Source: a virus
Length of the DNA: 64,000 nucleotides
Reading direction: 5' to 3' (one strand)
Virus record (IMG/VR): IMGVR_UViG_3300021960_000048
Coordinates: 1 to 64,000 of that record
Shown: positions 53,423-61,298 of the stretch, in pieces
How positions within the stretch are numbered: the first letter of the stretch is position 1
Layout: each line of letters opens with the position of its first letter
Notes under the pieces: model-generated
What the model was told of the DNA's origin: nothing
Databases searched by the model: none
Seen by the model: only the letters and a program-made list of their open reading frames with translations
Made by a program: the position numbers and the translations under genes

Positions 53423-53850
53423 GGTAAATACACCTTCTTTATTGATTCCTTAACTGCTTTACTTACTCCTTTACTACCCATTTTGCTACGTTTATTCTTC
53501 ATAGCAACTGCGTCAACTGCGGGACGTAGATACGGCCTAGGTGCAAATGGAGCATACTCGAATCGTCCAAACTCAACTACACTTGCGTATCTTACCTTTG
53601 TGTTACCGAATCTAACTTCCATTGCTCTCCTGTATTTTGATATTGCTCTCTTACTTCTTACCACTCTTCCAGAGTTTTTGAGAGCCGATGTCTGGACCGG
53701 AACTAACTGTTGAGCAATTCTAAGAATCTCCTTAGCAACCTTCTCCGTGTAAGGTTCGCTGAAACTTTCGTTGATGTGAGCGCCGAGATAATTGAAATCG
53801 TATGCTGCTTTGAAAAACGCATTACCATCAACAGTTGCATACTTCGGCAT
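53419..53850 (-). CDS. HK97 gp10-like neck protein
   Basis: AQQLVPVQTSALKNS, YASVVEFG, PRPYLRPA. Confidence 0.85.
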   Translation of the reverse strand: MPKYATVDGNAFFKAAYDFNYLGAHINESFSEPYTEKVAKEILRIAQQLVPVQTSALKNSGRVVRSKRAISKYRRAMEVRFGNTKVRYASVVEFGRFEYAPFAPRPYLRPAVDAVAMKNKRSKMGSKGVSKAVKESIKKVYLP

Positions 53851-55307
53851 TATTCCTCATTCTCCAGTCCAAGTAAACGATATTCAAGAAGTTCGTCCAT
53901 ACCAAAGACTATGCCTTCTTCAACCAGATTCTCTGCCGCTTCTTCAACTGATTCGGGTTCTTCACCTTCCCCATCTTCAACCTTGCCTTTGTTAATTGCT
54001 AACTTAGGTGATAGGAAGAATGGGTCGTTTGCTTCTTCCTTGTCTAGTAATGGCGCAAGTCCTAATACTTCTCTTGCTTCATTGATACTGATTGCCGACT
54101 CTTGTCTTAGGTTGGAAATTGCTTGTGAGCGTAGACGGAAAGTGTCTGCTCTCTCTGATTCACGTGATGGTCTAATTGTATTGAAATGTATTTTCCAATC
54201 TGTTACTTCTAGTAACGGTAATAGTTTATTGTTGATAGCCGAAGATACTCTATGATGGTAAGACTCGACTACATCATACCAAGCATCTAATTGTTGTTCG
54301 GGGTTAGACATCTTACCTGTCTGAACCCATCCAAGTTTCATTGGTGGAATACCGAACACTGCACATATCTCTTCACGGTAGTAGTATAGTAAATCCAACT
54401 GCTGTCCTTCTTTAGTTGAATCAATAAGCCTGTGCATATTGAAACCCGAACCGCCGTTGATTGCTACAAGTCCGAATGGAGACTTACCTGCTGTCAATTG
54501 TTGTTCTAGTAAACCTAGCATTGCCTTCATTTCAGAATTGCTTATGTCTCCAACATTAAGTATCGTCTTAGGTAGAGTTCCAGTGAACATCTCGTTTAGG
54601 TAGTTGCTGAGATTCATTTGACCTGCAATTGTATTCAACAATGGTATCAATGGCGAAGTTCCGTAGCCTCGCCCTTGTTTGAACTTCGAGATATGAAGAA
54701 TCTTGTTTGAAGCGAACCTACGCTTCTCCTTTCTTATCTCTTGAATGTAAGCCATTTCTGGTGGCTCTGGTCTTTGATTGCCGGGTAATAATCTCATTGT
54801 TTCAGCAGGTACAGGCCACACACTTACTAAGTTCCCACCGTAAACCCAGTCCTCTCCGTTGGCGCTACTCTCATCATCGTCGCCATCTAACTCAAGGTAT
54901 GAGTCTCCGAATAATGCTAAGTCGTAGACTAAAGATTCTAGCCATTCATCACCCATGTCATCGGGGTTAGGTGTTCGGAAAAAATCATGCAACCTTTGTA
55001 ATTGTTCTTCATTGCCTTCTTCTACTCCAGACATAAGTCTGAACTCATAACCATTGGCTAACACGTCATCTACGGTTCTTCGTAGAATAGCATTGACGAC
55101 TTCCGATTTCAGAGAAATATCTCGCAGTAAATGATATGAAATCTGTGTGTTCGCTCCACTTGCCGCCGCTTTCTTTGCTGAGACTGTTGCTATCTTAGAT
55201 AAAGACGCTAGACTTTTAGCGTCCCAAGGGATGTCATTCCTTACAGGTTTGACCTCTTTATTCTCCCGTCGACGAAAGAAATTGAAACGTCTGCGTTCCT
55301 CTGCCAT
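53850..55307 (-). CDS. Portal protein
   Basis: PNP, LALFGDSY, GYGTSP, EICAVFGIPP, ISINEAREVLGL. Confidence 0.92.
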   Translation of the reverse strand: MAEERRRFNFFRRRENKEVKPVRNDIPWDAKSLASLSKIATVSAKKAAASGANTQISYHLLRDISLKSEVVNAILRRTVDDVLANGYEFRLMSGVEEGNEEQLQRLHDFFRTPNPDDMGDEWLESLVYDLALFGDSYLELDGDDDESSANGEDWVYGGNLVSVWPVPAETMRLLPGNQRPEPPEMAYIQEIRKEKRRFASNKILHISKFKQGRGYGTSPLIPLLNTIAGQMNLSNYLNEMFTGTLPKTILNVGDISNSEMKAMLGLLEQQLTAGKSPFGLVAINGGSGFNMHRLIDSTKEGQQLDLLYYYREEICAVFGIPPMKLGWVQTGKMSNPEQQLDAWYDVVESYHHRVSSAINNKLLPLLEVTDWKIHFNTIRPSRESERADTFRLRSQAISNLRQESAISINEAREVLGLAPLLDKEEANDPFFLSPKLAINKGKVEDGEGEEPESVEEAAENLVEEGIVFGMDELLEYRLLGLENEE

Positions 55308-55333
55308 GTCGTACCCTCATAGGTGGTGGGTTT

Positions 55334-55465
55334 TTACGTTGTCGTATCGAGTTCAAGTTCTTTAACTTTACAACAAACACAATGTTCGTCATGCGGTAAA
55401 CTCAACTGAGAGCAAGTATTCACTGGACCATTCAAGCAATATTTGAAATCAGTCTTTATTGTCAT
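55334..55465 (-). CDS. 43-aa Cys-rich microprotein
   Basis: My translation MTIKTDFKYC...C...HCVCCKVKELELDTTT; fills the gap exactly. Confidence 0.45.
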   Translation of the reverse strand: MTIKTDFKYCLNGPVNTCSQLSLPHDEHCVCCKVKELELDTTT

Positions 55466-55697
55466 CTTGTTTCTTCTCTTTTGCCTCTTCGATGATTTCT
55501 TCTACATCTTCTTTGGCTTGTTCCACTTTCTCAACGCCTTCTTCTACTGCATCTAGGACTTCTCCTAAACTCAGTTTGCCGTCAGCCATTAGAGTCTGAT
55601 ACTTACGTAGACCCCATATAGCAAGTGGTATTAGAACCGCTACGACTGCTAAACCCATTAGTAAATCGTCTGTAGTCAGTCCTTCGAGCATGACCAA
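55449..55697 (-). CDS. Single-pass membrane protein (holin-like)
   Basis: One TM helix, ADGKLSLGE motif, charged coiled C-terminus. Confidence 0.65.
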   Translation of the reverse strand: MVMLEGLTTDDLLMGLAVVAVLIPLAIWGLRKYQTLMADGKLSLGEVLDAVEEGVEKVEQAKEDVEEIIEEAKEKKQDDNKD

Positions 55698-55723
55698 AGG
55701 GGGGAGAACATCGTTAATAACGG

Positions 55724-56341
55724 TTACTCGGACTTCTTATCGGTCTTTTTTGCTACTGGTTTCTTGTCTACTGGCTTTGCTCCAGTTGCTATTGAGTTAG
55801 TTCCAGTTACACCGAATGCTTCCATGTTTAATTCGTGTGCTTTAGACATCCTCTCGATTTCTAAATCGTGCTGTAGTTTTAGTTGCTCTAGTAAACGCAC
55901 GTGTGCTTTCTCTGCTTCTGCTGAATCAACTTCACTTTGTAGTTGGTCTGGTAGAATGTTTATCTTTGCTCCTTCTTTACCTTTGAATAAGTCAAGAACA
56001 GATGTAATGATAAGAAGTGCTGGACCGCCTAATAGACCAATAACTGTTAGTTGTGAGTCTGAAATCTCACGTTGCTCTACTATACTAAAGTAAGATGCGG
56101 TGGCTGCTATAACTACCCAAGCCAGTACAACACCCATACCGAATGTCAACATAAGTTTCTCATTAGGATTCGACATTCTCATTGCCATCGGTTTATATGA
56201 GCGAAAGAGGCGGTATTTGAGGGTAGTTGTGAAAAAGTATATAAGCCGCCATCCCATATAGGTAGTGGTTGTGAGTAGGGCGGCGAGCATAATCAACAAA
56301 GATAGTGTTCCTAATGCTATCATTTCCATAGCCTCGCCCAT
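55724..56341 (-). CDS. Multi-pass membrane protein (holin-like)
   Basis: Three hydrophobic segments plus a coiled-coil, Lys-rich tail. Confidence 0.65.
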   Translation of the reverse strand: MGEAMEMIALGTLSLLIMLAALLTTTTYMGWRLIYFFTTTLKYRLFRSYKPMAMRMSNPNEKLMLTFGMGVVLAWVVIAATASYFSIVEQREISDSQLTVIGLLGGPALLIITSVLDLFKGKEGAKINILPDQLQSEVDSAEAEKAHVRLLEQLKLQHDLEIERMSKAHELNMEAFGVTGTNSIATGAKPVDKKPVAKKTDKKSE

Positions 56342-56451
56342 AAGAAATTAAGAGCATGGTTAAGCATTTGCGTAGCCGACATTATACCGAAGCAAAGCAT
56401 GACAACAAAGACACCCATTCCACATGCTGAAATTAAATCGTTTATTGTCAT
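56320..56451 (-). CDS. 43-aa membrane peptide
   Basis: My translation MTINDLISACGMGVFVVMLCFGIMS...WARLWK; fills the gap. Confidence 0.5.
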   Translation of the reverse strand: MTINDLISACGMGVFVVMLCFGIMSATQMLNHALNFLWARLWK

Positions 56452-56452
56452 A

Positions 56453-56692
56453 TCACATCAACATCGGTAAGCCAGACGTAGCAACTATCGCAGCAAGTAG
56501 ATACATGCCATATCTCTTAAGCAAGTCCTTTATTTCTTTAACGAATCCTTCTACACTTGTTAACCGTTGGTCGATTGATTGTACTTCTAATTTCATAGAA
56601 GCCATGTCTTTCTCAACATGATGAAGATGATTGTCTCTGATTGTTCTAACATCTTCTACTAAGACCTTAATCAATTCAGATTGGTCATCCAT
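56453..56692 (-). CDS. Coiled-coil protein with C-terminal TM helix (XhlA-like architecture)
   Basis: Heptad region followed by YLLAAIVATSGLPMLM. Confidence 0.65.
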   Translation of the reverse strand: MDDQSELIKVLVEDVRTIRDNHLHHVEKDMASMKLEVQSIDQRLTSVEGFVKEIKDLLKRYGMYLLAAIVATSGLPMLM

Positions 56693-56725
56693 GTCGATAG
56701 CCCTATACTATCTAGTTATTGACGA

Positions 56726-58252
56726 TTAACCCCCGAATACTCTTATCTCTGGCATCCCTATGTCCTCTACTAACTCTGCTGCAAGCCTAGCATATAGTAA
56801 AGCGTGGAATGCGTGGTCGTCTCCATCTCGTCCATATTTTGTAAGTTTTTGACCTCGCACTGGTCGAGTATCTTTCTCATCTTTTTCTGCTGATGAATTG
56901 AGAGAACACCATTCATGTAGAACCCATTCAAATGAAGTATCTGCGTAGGGTAAGTGAATCTCATTATTTTTTATCGCCTCAATTGTTTCTTCAACGTAAG
57001 TTGTTCTATCAACAACTAACATATAGATTAGATTTCGATTATTGTCTCGCCTCTTATATTCAAACGGAGTCATAGGCCGAGATGAATAATAACACGAACG
57101 TACACGCTCGCCAAACTCTGCTTGTAGTTCCTTCACCTGTCTTGCTCCATACCCTATGTCTGCGACCACTTGCGTACAGTTGTAGCGTAGCATTAGGTCT
57201 TTGATGACCGCTACCTCATCGAACTCATTGTCGGCCTTAGAATCGAGTTTTAGACAATTCAAAATCGTACCGTCTTTCTTCATGATAACGACTGTTGTTT
57301 CATTACCCCAGTCCACACCCATAACAGATTCTTCGGGGGGTGTCAATCCTTTGAGATTCTTTTCTAGTTGCGGTCGGGCCGCTTGTAAAACGACATCGAA
57401 TGTAAGGGGCTTCGTAGAACCTGCGAAGAACTCGCCCAGAACCTCGTTTGCGAATCGTCGTGGAGTGTAGGTGTTTCGTTTGTATTCTATTTCTTCGGGG
57501 TCAATATCGGGGTGCATCTTTTGACTGATATGATAACCAATAATATCTGATTCTCCATGAACCCACTTCTCGCCATCCCACTCACCTTTAGTTGATTTCT
57601 CCCATAGTTTCCAAAACTCTGAACCCTGCTCACGGGCAGTTCCACTTACTACAACCCACTTGTATTCAGACTGAGCAAGCATCTCAATTAGCATTGGCAA
57701 AACATCAGCGTCAGAGTCTTGGTATTCGTCCACACAACATAGGTCAGCCTCAACCCCAAGTAACGCATGTGCGTCGCCCCAGTTAGAGTAAGCATAGAAA
57801 TGATTCAGAGAACGCGCTCCAACATCAAATGTTTGATGACTTACAGATTGTTTTACTCTCGACTTCATTAGACAACCGTGATTGATGGACGACATTAACG
57901 CACCATTGAATCTCTCATCTACGAATCTCGTTACCTGTGGTTGTCTCGGTGCGGTATAGACGGCGTTGAAGTATGGTATGTTCATCAGTCCATACATTAA
58001 GAGATTACAAATCGTTTCAGTTTTCTCAACCTTACGACTACACTTCAAGACTATCATTTTTGTTTTTCTTGATTTCTGAGTTGCACCAAAGTGTCGGTAT
58101 ATCTCAATTAGATATGGTCGCTCATGTAACATGAATGCCTTACCATCTATGGTTCGGAAATACTGAGACCAACGGTCTGGATAGAGAGCAATATCCCTAG
58201 CCTGTTCGGGAGTCAGTTTGCCGCCCGTATAGTCGTGTGTGTCCACGTCCAT
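56726..58252 (-). CDS. terL: Terminase large subunit
   Basis: RKVEKTE (variant Walker A), CCVDEYQD Walker B, SGT, GVDWG nuclease motif, DDHAFHA. Confidence 0.9.
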   Translation of the reverse strand: MDVDTHDYTGGKLTPEQARDIALYPDRWSQYFRTIDGKAFMLHERPYLIEIYRHFGATQKSRKTKMIVLKCSRKVEKTETICNLLMYGLMNIPYFNAVYTAPRQPQVTRFVDERFNGALMSSINHGCLMKSRVKQSVSHQTFDVGARSLNHFYAYSNWGDAHALLGVEADLCCVDEYQDSDADVLPMLIEMLAQSEYKWVVVSGTAREQGSEFWKLWEKSTKGEWDGEKWVHGESDIIGYHISQKMHPDIDPEEIEYKRNTYTPRRFANEVLGEFFAGSTKPLTFDVVLQAARPQLEKNLKGLTPPEESVMGVDWGNETTVVIMKKDGTILNCLKLDSKADNEFDEVAVIKDLMLRYNCTQVVADIGYGARQVKELQAEFGERVRSCYYSSRPMTPFEYKRRDNNRNLIYMLVVDRTTYVEETIEAIKNNEIHLPYADTSFEWVLHEWCSLNSSAEKDEKDTRPVRGQKLTKYGRDGDDHAFHALLYARLAAELVEDIGMPEIRVFGG

Positions 58253-58287
58253 ACAGGGGTCAGCCCACTACACGGCACTTAACGGTT

Positions 58288-59070
58288 CTAAGCCCTTTGA
58301 ATGGTGCTGTGTTGGTCAACCCATTCCTCGGCAGTCCTTCGGTCAGAGAAGGTCATAATGACTCCACCAGTGTCGTTGTCAACTACGTTCCATTCGCCGC
58401 CAGTTGTTTCAAGAATGTCAGCATTTACTTTTTCGTACTGTGCTTCTTGAACTACCCTTGCTGTTTTGGTAGACCAAGGCAAACCCCAGTTCTTCGCACA
58501 TGTTGGACCGTAGCCGTGAGCGGTACTCTCTTCGGTTTTCAAAGCCTTGTGGCAGAAGCAGCAGTTTCCAGTTTTTGCACCGTAGTCTCTAGCCGCATTT
58601 ACTGGGTCGTTGTTTAACAATGTAAGGAACTTGGTAAACAAAGCCTCGTCATTTTCACTGGTTGAGCGAGCAAAAGATAGTCCACCCTGCGGTGAAACTT
58701 TTCCGATGTAGTCCTCGTTCATAGTGCGGATTGCTTTCAGATAAATGCTGCCGGGATTTCTGCCACTAGCAGGGGCTAAGGAAATACATAGGTCAGTGTA
58801 AGCAGATACAGAGAAAGTTACTTTTGGATATTTGAGTTTCTCACCTGCTCGACTTAGCAAAGCGACCATAGGAGCGTAAGGACCTTCGACTATTGGCTGT
58901 GGACTAGAATAGTCGTGGATTCTTTGAAGAATGTTGAGTTGCTTTGGAGACATTCTTCGTCCCTTGTCTAGTTGCTCTTGACAAGATGAGACAAAGGATT
59001 TCTCCCAGTCATTCTTGGCGTTCTCGGTTGCTTTCTTGATTAGAACTGTGGTTTCCATTGTTGCGTTCAT
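58288..59070 (-). CDS. Cassette gene with a DUF6011-like Zn finger
   Basis: CCFCHKALKTEES...GYGPTCA; N-terminal W..SF..S...Q......SPKQ motif; behind a class-1 promoter. Confidence 0.8.
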   Translation of the reverse strand: MNATMETTVLIKKATENAKNDWEKSFVSSCQEQLDKGRRMSPKQLNILQRIHDYSSPQPIVEGPYAPMVALLSRAGEKLKYPKVTFSVSAYTDLCISLAPASGRNPGSIYLKAIRTMNEDYIGKVSPQGGLSFARSTSENDEALFTKFLTLLNNDPVNAARDYGAKTGNCCFCHKALKTEESTAHGYGPTCAKNWGLPWSTKTARVVQEAQYEKVNADILETTGGEWNVVDNDTGGVIMTFSDRRTAEEWVDQHSTIQRA

Positions 59071-59113
59071 GTTATACCGTAGGGGCTAGGGGTATATAAC
59101 AATTCAGTTTTGT
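59071..59113 (-). promoter_or_regulatory. Class-1 cassette promoter (distal arm degenerate)
   Basis: ACAAAAC-TGAATT-GTTATATACCCCTAGCCCCTACGGTATAAC-ATG. Confidence 0.75.
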
Positions 59114-59550
59114 GATTCTTTAATTAACCTTCTGAACACTGCGCCCGGAGATTCGCCAAACTGTTTTTTCATTTGTTCGAGATAATTGATTTCTGTTTCT
59201 CCAACGATAACTGAGATTGTCTTACGGACTTGCTTAGGTTCTATAACGTCGGGGTCGTCAACTGCTTGATTCAAGTTAATTGAATAACCCAATTTGACAC
59301 GCGGATTCCCATGATGGTTGATACCGTTCTTACTCAAGACTACTGCCTCGATGCCATTACCTTCTTCACGTGCCAACTTCTTCAAGTCAAAGGTAAGTTG
59401 TCTAGCACTTCTTTGCATGTTATGTGGCAAGTTTGGGTCGGCATTATAGCGTTCTGCTATTTCACTACTGGTAAGTACCTCATGCCCTTGTCTCTTAGCG
59501 TTCATTAGTGCTTTTTTTATTAGTTGCTTTTGTTTATTCTTTAACTTCAT
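59104..59550 (-). CDS. DNA-binding protein: wHTH + C-terminal ribbon-helix-helix
   Basis: LTSSEIAERY...SARQLTFDLKKL; RKTISVIV-helix-SPGAVFRRLI; AGGTGA SD before ATG 59550. Confidence 0.65.
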   Translation of the reverse strand: MKLKNKQKQLIKKALMNAKRQGHEVLTSSEIAERYNADPNLPHNMQRSARQLTFDLKKLAREEGNGIEAVVLSKNGINHHGNPRVKLGYSINLNQAVDDPDVIEPKQVRKTISVIVGETEINYLEQMKKQFGESPGAVFRRLIKESQN

Positions 59551-61298
59551 TCTTTCACCTCTATTTTTCCATTTCTGCAATGAGGACATTGTACTTCCTC
59601 AACTTTACAGTGCGCGGGAGTTGTTAAGATAACACGGCCATTACATGTCTTACAACGGCGTTCTTTGTGATAGAAACCTATTGGGGGCGCTCCACTTACA
59701 TTAACAGTAATGGGCGCTCTCACGTCCTTCCATGAGGGTATAAACTCGGAAGCATGTGTTGGGCGTGGAACTTTCGTTTCTTCTACTGTGTCGTTCACAA
59801 TTTCACTCCATGTCATTGGCTTATGTTCTGCTTTATAGATACTGCGTAACGCACTATGAAATTGGATTTCTTTGTATATACCACTTTCGGGATATACAGA
59901 TGGTTTGAGAGAGAACCCTTCGTCATTGAGTGTGATAAATGAGTCAGCAAGAATATGACCGCCAGAAGGCTGTTTATATGGACCGTTTTTCTGAATAGAA
60001 CACATACCCACACAAAGCCCATAGAATGCCTTCTGTCTACGTGCATAGTGCCTAGGATTGGCCGAAGCAAGTGCGCTCGACATTGCGAGGTTTCTACATT
60101 CATAATTGAAAGATGTGCGAGGGATTACTTCGCCGTCAGCCATTTTTACAAATAGGTTTTCGTATTCTTCCCCAGTCAATGTAAATATTTTCTTACCTCT
60201 TGGTGAACATTCTGATACGTCAAAAACCTCTTCCTCATATGCTGAAAAAATAGTACGATTGTCAGATTTAAGACTGCTCTTGATATTGTAAACACTTTGA
60301 CGGAAATTAACACATAGTTTCAGTAGTGAGTCATATTCGTCTTCTGGTAATGATGGTTTAGGATGTAAACCCCTCAAACAAAAGAAACCAAGAAGTCTAT
60401 GACAAAACAAGAAATGTGTTTTTGATAATGTAATTTGAAATACATTTGGGTCAGAGATTATTGTTTTTAAGTCCTGTTCTAACTCAAACTGAGGGTACGC
60501 AGGTGGGTAGTCTATTGTAGTCCAATATGGAGTGTAAGATTCGTATTTTGTGTTGACCATTTCGCTGTGAAAATATTGACTCACAAAGTCCTCTTCTGAT
60601 TTCATTGGAACAATTCTCCAAGGGTTCATTTCTAACCTTGCTTTTCCACCGTTTACTGATAAGAAGTCAGAAGCCCCCTTATAGTATTCCCTTCCTACAT
60701 GAGTTTTGGTTTTGGATTCGTCGGACAAGTACCTATTGACGTTGCGATGAAACTCATAGAGATAATTAGTATTCTCACTTGAAGTAATACTTTGGTACAT
60801 TTTATTAAACTGGTAATTACAATTTTGGAATTGAGTTAACCAATTGTAAATTAATGTTTGAGAAGATACTATTGGGTCAGCATAATAATTCTCGTTCTCT
60901 CCATTATTCAACTTTTTGATAGCCGCTTTAGATTGTACGTAACTGTGTTTATGATAGATTTCATTATTGACTTCGTGTTCGTTAAGCAACCTCATATATT
61001 CAAGTCCTAATTTCTCAAGTGGACCGATTTTTTTATTCATTGTTCGCGCACCAAATATGTCATGAATTGTTTCATTAATTTTCATTTCAGACATTATTTT
61101 TGTCATTGCTTTGTCTCCCCAACGGTTGTTAACGTCTTTAGACATACCTTCTAACATACTATAATGGTTAGGTAAAAAATATTCGTTGAATAGTGGGATG
61201 TTCCCTTCTTTACTGGCAACTAACATTGTATGAAACAACGTACCTACTTCGCTCCATTCTTCTTTTGTCCAAATTGATTTATATTCTGCTGCTTTCAT
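59547..61298 (-). CDS. Large hypothetical protein with C-terminal Zn ribbon
   Basis: 583 aa, AT-richer than its flanks; CKTC...CPHC. Confidence 0.75.
   Translation of the reverse strand: MKAAEYKSIWTKEEWSEVGTLFHTMLVASKEGNIPLFNEYFLPNHYSMLEGMSKDVNNRWGDKAMTKIMSEMKINETIHDIFGARTMNKKIGPLEKLGLEYMRLLNEHEVNNEIYHKHSYVQSKAAIKKLNNGENENYYADPIVSSQTLIYNWLTQFQNCNYQFNKMYQSITSSENTNYLYEFHRNVNRYLSDESKTKTHVGREYYKGASDFLSVNGGKARLEMNPWRIVPMKSEEDFVSQYFHSEMVNTKYESYTPYWTTIDYPPAYPQFELEQDLKTIISDPNVFQITLSKTHFLFCHRLLGFFCLRGLHPKPSLPEDEYDSLLKLCVNFRQSVYNIKSSLKSDNRTIFSAYEEEVFDVSECSPRGKKIFTLTGEEYENLFVKMADGEVIPRTSFNYECRNLAMSSALASANPRHYARRQKAFYGLCVGMCSIQKNGPYKQPSGGHILADSFITLNDEGFSLKPSVYPESGIYKEIQFHSALRSIYKAEHKPMTWSEIVNDTVEETKVPRPTHASEFIPSWKDVRAPITVNVSGAPPIGFYHKERRCKTCNGRVILTTPAHCKVEEVQCPHCRNGKIEVKE

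Noticed and set aside
14794-59113. Integron or IS interpretation of the cassettes
   Set aside because: No integrase or transposase in the window, no tandem array, and no second site or target duplication visible at cassette 3' ends. Mobility remains a hypothesis.
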